A DNA stretch of 64,000 nucleotides from Bacilli bacterium. GTDB taxonomy: Bacteria; Bacillota_I; Bacilli_A; RFN20; CAG-826. Position numbers and translations under genes: made by a program. Each line of letters begins with the position of its first letter. The first letter of the stretch is position 1. The notes beneath the pieces were generated by a model. The model searched no databases, was not told where the DNA came from, and saw nothing but the letters and a program-made list of their open reading frames with translations. Location: positions 6,520-70,519 of the forward strand of contig JAFSUM010000033.1 of the NCBI GenBank assembly GCA_017445245.1. The letters are read 5' to 3'. Of the stretch, positions 7,127-16,582 are shown one piece after another.

Positions 7127-10100
7127 ATGAAAAGTAGGGTTCTTGGTTCTGTTTCTGTTATTGCTTTGGCTTCGCTAGTTCTCTGCGCATCGCTTTTTGC
7201 TAATAAATCCGTAAGTGAAGTTATGGCGACCGACGACACGGTTTATTTTCGCCCCAATTCGCAATGGGCCATCGGCTCTTCGGTCAACCACTATGCGGCC
7301 TATCTGTGGAAAGGGGAGGGCACTAGCTTCCAAGACGCTTGGATCAATCTCAAGACCGGAACCAACGGTTATTACACATTGGCCCCGAAAGAAGGGTTCG
7401 AGAACCTCATCTTCTGCGTGATGAAAAGCGCGACCAACAGCTGGGACAATGTCCGTTACCAGACCGCCGACCTCAAAATCAACGTTCACGACGCTGATTG
7501 CTTTGCTCTTTACAACCACCGCGCCGAAGAAAAGAAAACGCAAGGGGCGTGGCATACTCTTGGCGAGACTTTACCCGCCGGTGGAGGACAAGAGAATGTC
7601 GCTGGAACCAAAAACGGCACCTTTTATCAATTGCTGGTCTATTCTTTTGCTGACGGCAACGGAGATGGGGTGGGGGACTTCAAAGGCATCATCGACCATC
7701 TCGACTATTTAAAGAACCTCGGCATCAGCGGTCTTTGGCTTTCGCCCATCCAAAAGGCTGGAAGTTACCATGGCTATGACATTCTTGACTACTATGCCGT
7801 AAACCCCGAATACGAAGTCACGGTCGACGGGGTCAAATACGATTTGGCCAAACTCATCACCGAATGCCATAACATTGGCATCAAGGTCATCCTCGACCTC
7901 GTCTTGAATCATTGCTCCTATGGCCACCCGTGGATTACCGAACATCCCAGTTGGTTTACCAATGACCCTGCCTTTGACGGGATGAAGGACTTTAATCTCA
8001 ATAACTCCCAGGTGAACGCCGAACTTAAGAAAATCGGCAAATATTGGCTTACCGAATACGAACTCGATGGCTATCGCCTCGACGCGGTGAAATGGCTCTT
8101 CAATTCGGGTGGCATGAGCTCCGCGGATGATGCGCGCAACATCAACTGGCTCACCAGCTTCTATAACTACTGCAGAACCGAGGCGGGGCGCGACATCTTC
8201 ATGGTCGGCGAAAACTATACGTTCGATTCCGGCGAGCTCGCTTATTATCACAAGCCTTTGGATTCCTCGTTCAACTTCAACGCGATTACCGCCGCATCCG
8301 ACGCCTATGAAAACGGAAACGCGAAAGGCTATGTAACGACGATGACGAACTTTTATTCGAACGTCCATAGCCAAAATAGCAACGCACGCCTTGCCAATTT
8401 CCTTTCCAACCACGACGCAGGTCGCTTCTTCTTGTCGAATCCAGGCGTGGAGAAATACCTCTTCATGAGTTACTTAAACCTGCTTTCTCCCGGCAATTCC
8501 TTTGTCTATTATGGCGACGAGCTTAATCTGCAAGCGTCCGTCACCTACGACAACACCGTGCATAGTTCCGGCTACGAGGATTTCCTCCATCGGACTCCGA
8601 TGCCCTTTGCCACCGGACACACCAACATGGGCACCTATCTACACGGCTTCTCTGATTCCTATCGTCCCTACGTTTCCAATACCTCGGTGCCTCTAACCGG
8701 CGGGACAGCGGATTCTACCGCCTCGGAAATCGCTTCCTTCTATACGGCTTATTCCGAAGCCATCCGCGCTAAAAACGCGGCACCCGTGCTTTATGACGGC
8801 GTCATTTCTTCCAACAACATCGCCGATAACCGTTTGGGTTCTTATGTCGCGAGCAAAGGCGGAAAAGCGGCGACCGTCATCTTCAACGCCTCCCACGATT
8901 GGATTACCTTGCAGATTGATGGGGCGACTACCTCTATCCTCGGCGCGGCCTCTTTCCATGGCCGTCCGACGTTGGAAAGCAACATCCTGACCATCGCCCC
9001 TCTTTCGGGCACGGTACTAAACGGTTCGCATACCTTCTCCGTCTATTCGGGCAGCGTCGATCCTGGCGAAGATCCCGATCCGGGCACGGGGATGCAGATC
9101 TATCTCCGCGGCAGCTTCAATTCCTGGGGCACGCCTTCGAACGCCTTATTCCAAGCTGCGCCCAAAGGAAGCGACTATGACTATTGCCTCCTCAACGTCT
9201 ATATCGCTAAGGGGCAGGAATTCAAAGTCGCCACCGAAGACTGGAGCACCGTGTGCCTAGGCTATTACGATGGGAACACCAGCTTCGGCGACATGGGCGA
9301 CTATTTTTACGAGCACGGCATCGAAAACGACAACATCAAATGCACTGCAAGCGGCTATTACGATTTCTGGCTGACCAAAGGGACGATGTACATCACCCCA
9401 TTCAAAGCCCACGCCGCAAGCCTTTATGGATCGTGGAACGGATGGAAGGCCGGCCTTTCTGCCGAAACGCTGAACCCATGGAATACTTATGTTATCCACG
9501 ACGTCCCCTTAAAAGCCGGCGAAGAGGCGCAGATGTGGGTGCAGGAGTGGGATGGCGAGTACACGTGCTACCTCGTTTTGAAAGATGCGGCGGACATCAC
9601 TTCGCCTGCCGGGCACGCCTTTGTTCCCTCTAGCAACGGCAGGAACATCGAGGCTACCGTGGCGGGAACTTATGACATCGAGGTCATCGCGAACGGTTGG
9701 AACGAATATGGGATTACCTGCTACTACGTGATTACCATGAGCGACTCGGTCCCCGCGGAGGCTATCAACTTCGCCAAATCGTTCAATAACCAAATCGGCG
9801 CGGCATGCGACATTACCGGCAATAGTGACAAAGACACCGTCGTTGCGGCTTGGGCCGCGATGGAAGAGGCCTTCAACGATCTTTCTGCAGAAGCCCAGAC
9901 CGCTTTGAAAGAAGCGACCGCGGATAGTCCCGACGAAGACATGGCTGCCTTCGCGGCCAAATATCGCTCCGTCTATGCCCTTCGTGGGACGATGTGGAGC
10001 CTTAGCAATTTCTTAGACATCGATGTACTTAGTGCGTTTGCCGTTTCGCCGCACGTTGGACAAACCGACGGCAGGCTTATCGCCTTGCTATCCTGCGCGT

Positions 10101-10159
10101 CTATTGGCGTCTTGCTAAGCGGGGCCCTTGTTCTCGTCTATCGGAAACGCAAAGCATAA
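7127..10159 (+). CDS. Secreted GH13 alpha-amylase-family enzyme with starch/glycogen-binding-like modules and a C-terminal membrane anchor
   Basis: Signal peptide present. GH13 regions: GDFKGIIDHLDYLKNLGISGLWLSPI, VILDLVLNHCS, GYRLDAVKW, MVGENY and FLSNHDAGR. CBM-like repeats occur (VYFRPNSQW..., IYLRGSFNSWG...). The protein ends in a hydrophobic helix followed by RKRKA. Confidence 0.85.
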   Translation: MKSRVLGSVSVIALASLVLCASLFANKSVSEVMATDDTVYFRPNSQWAIGSSVNHYAAYLWKGEGTSFQDAWINLKTGTNGYYTLAPKEGFENLIFCVMKSATNSWDNVRYQTADLKINVHDADCFALYNHRAEEKKTQGAWHTLGETLPAGGGQENVAGTKNGTFYQLLVYSFADGNGDGVGDFKGIIDHLDYLKNLGISGLWLSPIQKAGSYHGYDILDYYAVNPEYEVTVDGVKYDLAKLITECHNIGIKVILDLVLNHCSYGHPWITEHPSWFTNDPAFDGMKDFNLNNSQVNAELKKIGKYWLTEYELDGYRLDAVKWLFNSGGMSSADDARNINWLTSFYNYCRTEAGRDIFMVGENYTFDSGELAYYHKPLDSSFNFNAITAASDAYENGNAKGYVTTMTNFYSNVHSQNSNARLANFLSNHDAGRFFLSNPGVEKYLFMSYLNLLSPGNSFVYYGDELNLQASVTYDNTVHSSGYEDFLHRTPMPFATGHTNMGTYLHGFSDSYRPYVSNTSVPLTGGTADSTASEIASFYTAYSEAIRAKNAAPVLYDGVISSNNIADNRLGSYVASKGGKAATVIFNASHDWITLQIDGATTSILGAASFHGRPTLESNILTIAPLSGTVLNGSHTFSVYSGSVDPGEDPDPGTGMQIYLRGSFNSWGTPSNALFQAAPKGSDYDYCLLNVYIAKGQEFKVATEDWSTVCLGYYDGNTSFGDMGDYFYEHGIENDNIKCTASGYYDFWLTKGTMYITPFKAHAASLYGSWNGWKAGLSAETLNPWNTYVIHDVPLKAGEEAQMWVQEWDGEYTCYLVLKDAADITSPAGHAFVPSSNGRNIEATVAGTYDIEVIANGWNEYGITCYYVITMSDSVPAEAINFAKSFNNQIGAACDITGNSDKDTVVAAWAAMEEAFNDLSAEAQTALKEATADSPDEDMAAFAAKYRSVYALRGTMWSLSNFLDIDVLSAFAVSPHVGQTDGRLIALLSCASIGVLLSGALVLVYRKRKA

Positions 10160-10299
10160 AAGCCTGCAAAAAGCGACTTATGTTGAGTTCTGAATGTTTT
10201 TCGTCGAATTGCGCGCCTTTTAGCAAAGCCAAAAGGACGTAATAGCACGCGAATAATGTCCTCATGTATAATATTTCCATACCACGTGGGGGCATATAT

Positions 10300-13200
10300 A
10301 TGAAAAAACGACCACTATTTGCGTTAATGGGGGTTTTGCTGTTGTCTCTTTCTGCCTGCGGTGATGATAATCCGCCGGAAGAATCCTCTAGCAGCGAACC
10401 CGCATCTAGCCAATCTTCCGTCGCTGAGACGTCGGAAACTCCTTCTAGCGAATCCCAGGAACCTAGTAGCAGTTCCTCTAGGCCGAGCTCTTCTAGCTCT
10501 TCGCAAAGGCCTTCTTCTAGCCAGGAGCCTTCTTCGGAACCGACCCCGGGACCAGAACCCGAGCCCTCTTCCGAGTCTTCTTCGACTAGACCTAGCAGCT
10601 CTGGCACGAAGGAATCGAGCGAACCGGAACCCTCTTCCGAACCGCAGCCGTCTAGCAGCGAAGCGCCGTCCTCAGAACCTGAGCCGTCCTCGGAACCAGA
10701 ACCGGAACCTTCTTCTGAGCCTTCCTCCGAATCTTCTAGTGCAGAACCTGTGTACGACTTTGTCGAATTCGTGTGGACATTCGCCGACGGGGTTTATACC
10801 GCCAAGGCAAAATACGTTTCCGACCAGGACCCTTCCGATGTGCATTTGTTCGATGCGGAGATGTCTTACAAGGTCAAATTAGAGCCGACGTGCGAAGAAA
10901 AAGGCATCGGCGTCTTCACCGCTTCCTACGATGGCCATACGGATACTCGCGAAGTCGATATCGATCCCATTAGCCACGACTATAAGTTCGACTCCTTCGT
11001 CTGGGCCGAAGATTATTCCGCCCAAGCCAAGTACGTCTGCGCCCACGACGCCGAACACGTGAAGTACTACACGGCGGAAGTGGACGAAGAAGTGATCCGC
11101 GTCGCGACCTACGATCGGACGGGCTTTATCCGCTATACCGCCTCCTTCGAAGGCCATAGTGAGACCAAAGACCGCGAAACCGATGCCCTCTCTCCGTTCA
11201 CCTTCGAATTGAACGAAGACGGGACAGCCTACACCATCACCAAAATCGATAATCTCGATAACATGGAACTCTTGGTAATTCCCGCCGAATACGAAGGGCT
11301 CCCCGTCACCGCGATCGCCGACAATGTGGCCAATAACGCGCAGAGTCTCCGTAGGGTCGTCTTCCCCGAGACGCTTACTTCCATCGGCACGGGCTTCCTC
11401 GCCAATGCGCAAAAGCTCTCCTACGTCTATTTGCCCAAGACCATTCAGTCCATCGGGTCTTTGACCTTTGGCTATAGCCCGCGTGCCGTCTTTGTTTCCG
11501 ATGCGCCTTCCCGTCCATCCACGTGGAAATTCTCGACCTCCTATACCGCCTATTATGGATGTACGGAGGGCGCGAATCTCTTCACCGTTGACGGTGTTGT
11601 TTATAAGAAAACCGATGCAGGTCTCACCGTAATTGCTTCCGATCCGCTTCAAGTAGGCGGAGACGGCATCCTCTCTATCGGCGGCGAAACTCATAAAGTC
11701 ACCGTCGGTGAAGAAGCCCTTCCCGTCATCGGCATCAACATCTATGCCTTCTTCGGCGTTAACCGCGCCATCGTGGAACTCGATAGCTCTCTAACCATTG
11801 CCAACAATGCGTTTTACGATTGCACTGCGATGACGATTTACGCTCATGCCAGCTTCTCTTCCATCAGCAACGACAGCTCGCAAATCTACCGCGCCCCGAC
11901 GACTGCGGGAGACATCGTCCTCGAAAACGATTGGTATGGCGTCATCGCCAGCGGCCAGGCCGTGTTGCTCCATTACATTGGTGATGAATATGACATCACG
12001 ATCCCGACCTCCTTCATGGAAAACGGCGTTTCTACCGTCGCAGGTCACGCCATTTCGGGCAAAACCCTCCGTTCCATTTATGTTTCGTCCGCCATCCCCG
12101 CTCTCGAGCAATATGCGTTCGTCGTCAGCAACATCGCCTTGATGATGGATGCCGACAAGACCCCGTCTGGCTGGTCTTCCTTCGTGAGCGGTTCCAACAA
12201 TAGATACTATTACCGCGTTACCGAGGATAGTTTTATCGAGCACGACGGTGCCATCTACGTCGCCCATTACGATTCGTGGTACGAGAGGACCTATTTGGGC
12301 TTCTTCCGCCTCGTCGACCCTGAGTGTCAGGCCTTCGTCATCGCCGATGAGATTCTCGTCGGAGAAGAAAATCTGTCCGTCAAATCGATTCTTCCCAACG
12401 CTTTTATCGATAGCAGCGTCACCTGCGTCTACATCCCTAGAGACGTCGACACTATCTACAGCGATCCGGGCCTTACCAACGGCAAAGTGGGCTCCGTCAT
12501 CGTCTATACCAATGCTTCGGACCGTCCGAGCGGATGGAATACCAGCGCGATTTCAGGCCTCACGATTTGCTATGGCCAATCGATCGATAGCCTCTCTGGC
12601 CTCTTCATCAAAGACGGCCTTATCTATCAAACAATCGATAACGAAGGCGTCAAAACCTTGACGGTTCTCGGCTATCAGGGCGAGCAGCCTTCTGCGCTCG
12701 TCGTCCCTGATATCGTCGCTACCGAACAAGGCGACCTTCCCGTCACCGCCATCGGCGAACGGGCCTTCTATGGGATCAAAGGTGTTTCTAGCGTCACGCT
12801 GTCTGGCGTCGTCGAACTCGGGGCCTATGCTTTCGGCTCTTCTTCCATCGAAACGATCGACTTGGGGGATAGCCTCCAATCCATCGCCAACTATGCGTTC
12901 TATCAGTGCCATGACCTCGCCGAAGTTCACTTCCCGGAGAACACCCTCCGTCAAATCGGCACGGACGCGTTCTATTACTGCACCTCGCTACGTGAAGTGC
13001 ATATGCCTGCTTCGGTGACTTCCTTCGGCAACTATTGCTTTGGCAGCTGCAGCAATCTCGTTACCTTCACCTTCCCCGATGAATTCGAGGGTGAAATCCC
13101 GTCTTCCATGTTCTCCAACGACGGAGCCCTTACGGAAATCGTCATCCCCAGAGGCGTAACTTCCATCGGCTATGAGGCCTTCTCTGGTTGTTCTGGCCTA

Positions 13201-16125
13201 ATGAAAGTCAAAATCAGCGAAGGCGTGCAGTCGATTGGAGCCAACTGCTTCTCGAATTGTTCCTCCTTAATGCGCCTCGACATTCCCCTTTCCGTCACCT
13301 CTGTTGGCAACTATGCCTTCTCCGGTTTCACCAGCGCTTCGACCATCTTCATTGAAGCGACTAGCGTCTCCTGGAGCTACAACTGGAAATCCAATTGCCA
13401 AGCCAAAATCGTCTACGGCGTCATTCCCGATGGCGAGGGCAGCGCGGACGGCTTCTTCTATTACCTCAGTCAAGACTGCGCCTTCCTTGCGGGCGTCGAT
13501 AGTTCCATCACGGGTGAAGTGGTGGTTCCCGAAAATGTCGTCATCGATGGCAAACAGTATAAGGTCCGCAAAATCTTAGCCGGCGCCTTCAAGAACAACA
13601 CCTCCATCACCAGAGTCACCTTGCCCGAAGGCATCACCGCGATCGGCGACGAGGCTTTCTATGGCTGCAGCAACCTGACGGAGATCAACTTGCCCGAAGG
13701 CCTTGTCTCCATCGGCGATTCCGCCTTCTATAGCTGCAAGTCCCTCGCGGAACTCATCGTTCCCGATTCCTGCACCTCCCTTGGCAGACTCTTCATCCAA
13801 TACACCGCTTTGAAGAAAATCAGCATCCCCATGATGGATCGCCGCTACAGCGAATACTTCAATTCGGGCACGATTCCCGCCCTCTTCATCGTCCGCGGTG
13901 GGGCCCTTCCCGATAATGCGTTCTCCGGTTCTGCTCCCCAGGCGATCGAACTCTATGAAGGCGTCACGGCTATCGGCGCCAGCGCGTTCGCAAACGTTAG
14001 CAACATCTATCGTCTTATCGTTCCCGCTTCTGTGGAAACGGTCGGCAAAGGCGCCTTTAATGGCGCGGGTAATCTGACGGTCTATTTCCGGGCCAATGAG
14101 GCTGGCGCTTCTTGGGCTTCCGGCTGGAATACCGGCATGAACAAGGCCGTCTTCGGCTTCAACACCGACAACAAGGAAGTCTACGCTTCTGGCATCCATT
14201 ACCTTGTCGAGGAAGACCACGTGTCCGTTGTCTATTTCGATGGCGACGCCACGCAGGTCGATCTCCCCGCCGAAATCCGTGGCCTCCCCGTCACCCGCGT
14301 CGAAATTCAGGCGTTCCAAAACCAGGCGAACGTCAAAGTCATCACGGTGCCCAATACTGTAACCTTCATCGGCAAAGGTGCCTTCATGGGCTGCAGCGGC
14401 CTTGAGACGCTACGTGTCCCCTTCCTAGGCCAAGGCATCGGCAAAGAAAACTATCTCTGCTATTTCTTCACCGTCGGCGATCTCGCCTATTACACCACCG
14501 ACGACCAGCGCGGTGCGGTCATCCCCGCTTCGCTGCTCTACCTTCGCATCGATGGCGGCGCCCTCGTCGATAGTGCCTTTGGCGGTTCCGCTCACCTCAA
14601 AAAAATCACCTTGGGTGACAGCATCACGCGCTTTGGCTCCAACCTCTTTAGCGGTTGCACGTCCCTCGAATATAACCGCGATATCGACAGCGATAGCCCA
14701 ACCCAGCAGAACTACCTGGATTACATCGGCACCGAAAGTAACCCCTACATGGTGCTGGTAAAGCTCGACTACTGCGGTAAGGGAACCGTCCGCGTCCACG
14801 CAGACTGCGAAATCATCTATCAGGAGGCCTTTGCCAATAACACGAAGGCCCGCGTGGTCGTTTTGCCAGACGGCATAAAGGCCATCGGCATGAGGGCTTT
14901 CTACAACACCAACATCTATTCGGTGAACCTCCCCGATTCCATCACCTCCATCGGCAGTTACGCCTTCTCGAAGTCTTCGCTGCAGGGTGCCTACTTTGGC
15001 GAAGAGTCGCAGTGCACCTCCATCGATAACTACGCCTTCTACGATATCGTCGCCCTCGAAGGCCTGACCTTGCCCGGCCACATTTCGACCATCGGCAGCT
15101 ACGCCTTCTCCAAGACTTCGCTCACCCACATCGATGTTCCCGCTTCCTGCACCTATGTTTACACAGGCGCCTTCTCGGATGTCTATAACAGCTCCACCGT
15201 CTTCGTCTACGTTCCGTCTACGACCTGCGTGCAGTCGAAGGCCTTCGCCAATCTAGGCAATGCCCGCATCGTTACGGATGCCGACACCACGCCGAAGATC
15301 TGGGTCAGCGACTGGAATAGCGGCAGCACGAATGTCCGTTACGGCATCACCCACGACCGTATTTGCACTTCTGGTGACGTCGTTTACATCGTCGGCTATT
15401 ACGGAACGACCGGTGAAGCCATCGCCCCCGCGCCCGTCGCCTCGACCTATGCGGCCGGATCGCGTGATCTCGTCATCCCCAACCAGGTCATCCAAGGCGA
15501 ACGCCCGGCCTTCACGGTCACGGAAATCGCCCCGTACGCTTTCTATGGCTGCCTCTGGCTGAAATCCATCAGCTTTGAGGATGCCGCGGTGGAAATCGTC
15601 GGCGAATACGCCTTCTATAACTGCACCAACGTCACGAGCTGCGTGTTGAATGACGCAATGTATTACATCGGCAATCATGCCTTCTACGCCCTTAACGATG
15701 CGGCCTACACCGCGAAGAACTACATTATCTATGTCGGTTCTTCCAGCAATCCGTATCTGCTATGTATCGGCGCGAACCGTTCGTTCTCGGGTGGCACCGT
15801 GACGATTGAAAATGGCTGCAAATTCATCGATAGCTATGCCTTCTATCAGCGCAGCGTCTCCTCGGTGACCTTGCCCGCCGGCCTTCTCGGTATTTGGGAG
15901 TCGGCCTTTGCGGACAACTCGGCGTTGGCCGGCAAGACCATTTTCATCCCTGGCAGCGTCCTCTACATGGGCCAATGCATCTTCCAATATAACCGCGGCA
16001 TGAGCTTGTATCTCCGTTGCGGCGCCTCATCGCGTCCTAGCGGTTGGAGCGAAGCCTGGAACTACAAGAACAACCCCATCATCAGCACGGATACCTATAG
16101 CACCACTTGGGGCGTCAGCGCCTAA
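10300..16125 (+). CDS. Giant surface lipoprotein with BspA-type leucine-rich repeats
   Basis: The signal peptide MKKRPLFALMGVLLLSLSAC carries a lipobox. An S/P/E-rich linker follows. After that come dozens of repeats of the form IP..VTSIG..AF..C..L..I. Confidence 0.8.
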   Translation: MKKRPLFALMGVLLLSLSACGDDNPPEESSSSEPASSQSSVAETSETPSSESQEPSSSSSRPSSSSSSQRPSSSQEPSSEPTPGPEPEPSSESSSTRPSSSGTKESSEPEPSSEPQPSSSEAPSSEPEPSSEPEPEPSSEPSSESSSAEPVYDFVEFVWTFADGVYTAKAKYVSDQDPSDVHLFDAEMSYKVKLEPTCEEKGIGVFTASYDGHTDTREVDIDPISHDYKFDSFVWAEDYSAQAKYVCAHDAEHVKYYTAEVDEEVIRVATYDRTGFIRYTASFEGHSETKDRETDALSPFTFELNEDGTAYTITKIDNLDNMELLVIPAEYEGLPVTAIADNVANNAQSLRRVVFPETLTSIGTGFLANAQKLSYVYLPKTIQSIGSLTFGYSPRAVFVSDAPSRPSTWKFSTSYTAYYGCTEGANLFTVDGVVYKKTDAGLTVIASDPLQVGGDGILSIGGETHKVTVGEEALPVIGINIYAFFGVNRAIVELDSSLTIANNAFYDCTAMTIYAHASFSSISNDSSQIYRAPTTAGDIVLENDWYGVIASGQAVLLHYIGDEYDITIPTSFMENGVSTVAGHAISGKTLRSIYVSSAIPALEQYAFVVSNIALMMDADKTPSGWSSFVSGSNNRYYYRVTEDSFIEHDGAIYVAHYDSWYERTYLGFFRLVDPECQAFVIADEILVGEENLSVKSILPNAFIDSSVTCVYIPRDVDTIYSDPGLTNGKVGSVIVYTNASDRPSGWNTSAISGLTICYGQSIDSLSGLFIKDGLIYQTIDNEGVKTLTVLGYQGEQPSALVVPDIVATEQGDLPVTAIGERAFYGIKGVSSVTLSGVVELGAYAFGSSSIETIDLGDSLQSIANYAFYQCHDLAEVHFPENTLRQIGTDAFYYCTSLREVHMPASVTSFGNYCFGSCSNLVTFTFPDEFEGEIPSSMFSNDGALTEIVIPRGVTSIGYEAFSGCSGLMKVKISEGVQSIGANCFSNCSSLMRLDIPLSVTSVGNYAFSGFTSASTIFIEATSVSWSYNWKSNCQAKIVYGVIPDGEGSADGFFYYLSQDCAFLAGVDSSITGEVVVPENVVIDGKQYKVRKILAGAFKNNTSITRVTLPEGITAIGDEAFYGCSNLTEINLPEGLVSIGDSAFYSCKSLAELIVPDSCTSLGRLFIQYTALKKISIPMMDRRYSEYFNSGTIPALFIVRGGALPDNAFSGSAPQAIELYEGVTAIGASAFANVSNIYRLIVPASVETVGKGAFNGAGNLTVYFRANEAGASWASGWNTGMNKAVFGFNTDNKEVYASGIHYLVEEDHVSVVYFDGDATQVDLPAEIRGLPVTRVEIQAFQNQANVKVITVPNTVTFIGKGAFMGCSGLETLRVPFLGQGIGKENYLCYFFTVGDLAYYTTDDQRGAVIPASLLYLRIDGGALVDSAFGGSAHLKKITLGDSITRFGSNLFSGCTSLEYNRDIDSDSPTQQNYLDYIGTESNPYMVLVKLDYCGKGTVRVHADCEIIYQEAFANNTKARVVVLPDGIKAIGMRAFYNTNIYSVNLPDSITSIGSYAFSKSSLQGAYFGEESQCTSIDNYAFYDIVALEGLTLPGHISTIGSYAFSKTSLTHIDVPASCTYVYTGAFSDVYNSSTVFVYVPSTTCVQSKAFANLGNARIVTDADTTPKIWVSDWNSGSTNVRYGITHDRICTSGDVVYIVGYYGTTGEAIAPAPVASTYAAGSRDLVIPNQVIQGERPAFTVTEIAPYAFYGCLWLKSISFEDAAVEIVGEYAFYNCTNVTSCVLNDAMYYIGNHAFYALNDAAYTAKNYIIYVGSSSNPYLLCIGANRSFSGGTVTIENGCKFIDSYAFYQRSVSSVTLPAGLLGIWESAFADNSALAGKTIFIPGSVLYMGQCIFQYNRGMSLYLRCGASSRPSGWSEAWNYKNNPIISTDTYSTTWGVSA
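10360..10746 (+). repeat. Low-complexity Ser/Pro/Glu-rich linker (SSEPEP-type) inside the LRR lipoprotein gene
   Basis: The translation reads ...SSSSEPASSQSS...EPEPSSEPQPSSSEAPSSEPEPSSEPEPEPSSEPSSESSS. Confidence 0.85.
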
Positions 16126-16145
16126 TCGTCGCCTAACGCTTCTAT

Positions 16146-16185
16146 GGGCCATCATTTCTTCTCGGAGTGGTGGCCCTTTCTTCTT
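16146..16185 (+). terminator. Rho-independent terminator candidate after the LRR gene
   Basis: The stem GGGCCATCA / TGGTGGCCC has one G-T wobble. It is followed by TTTCTTCTT. Confidence 0.55.
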
Positions 16186-16582
16186 GAACCGCTTTACGAT
16201 ACTTACAAAGCGATGTATCTAAACCGCATCGACGATCTCACTCACGTCATCGCCATCACCATTCGTAGCGCAGGTTATGGCAAGGAGTGGGCCTCCAACG
16301 TCAACTCGGAACTTCCGGCGAAGCGCAAGGCTTCCGGGAAGCTGCCGACCAAGTCAAAGAAGGCGTGAAGAAGTATCTCGATATCAAGGGATACCAGCAA
16401 TTCGTCGATAAGGGCAACGTCATCTTCTGCGTCGCAGGCTTCTCCCGCGGCGGATGTCGATCAAGCCATACCAAAGGGGGCCTGTTCCTAGACCCCGCTT
16501 TTTGGCGGGAACGCCTTTTGGCTTAGGGTCCGAAACAATGGTAAAATGAATAGACGGCCATTCTAATTGAGGGGGAAATGCC

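Noticed and set aside
10360-10746. Repetitive SSEPEP-coding DNA as a possible CRISPR-like or minisatellite array.
   Set aside because: The repeats are short, imperfect and in-frame inside a lipoprotein gene, so this is a low-complexity linker. No repeat-spacer organisation exists anywhere in the window.
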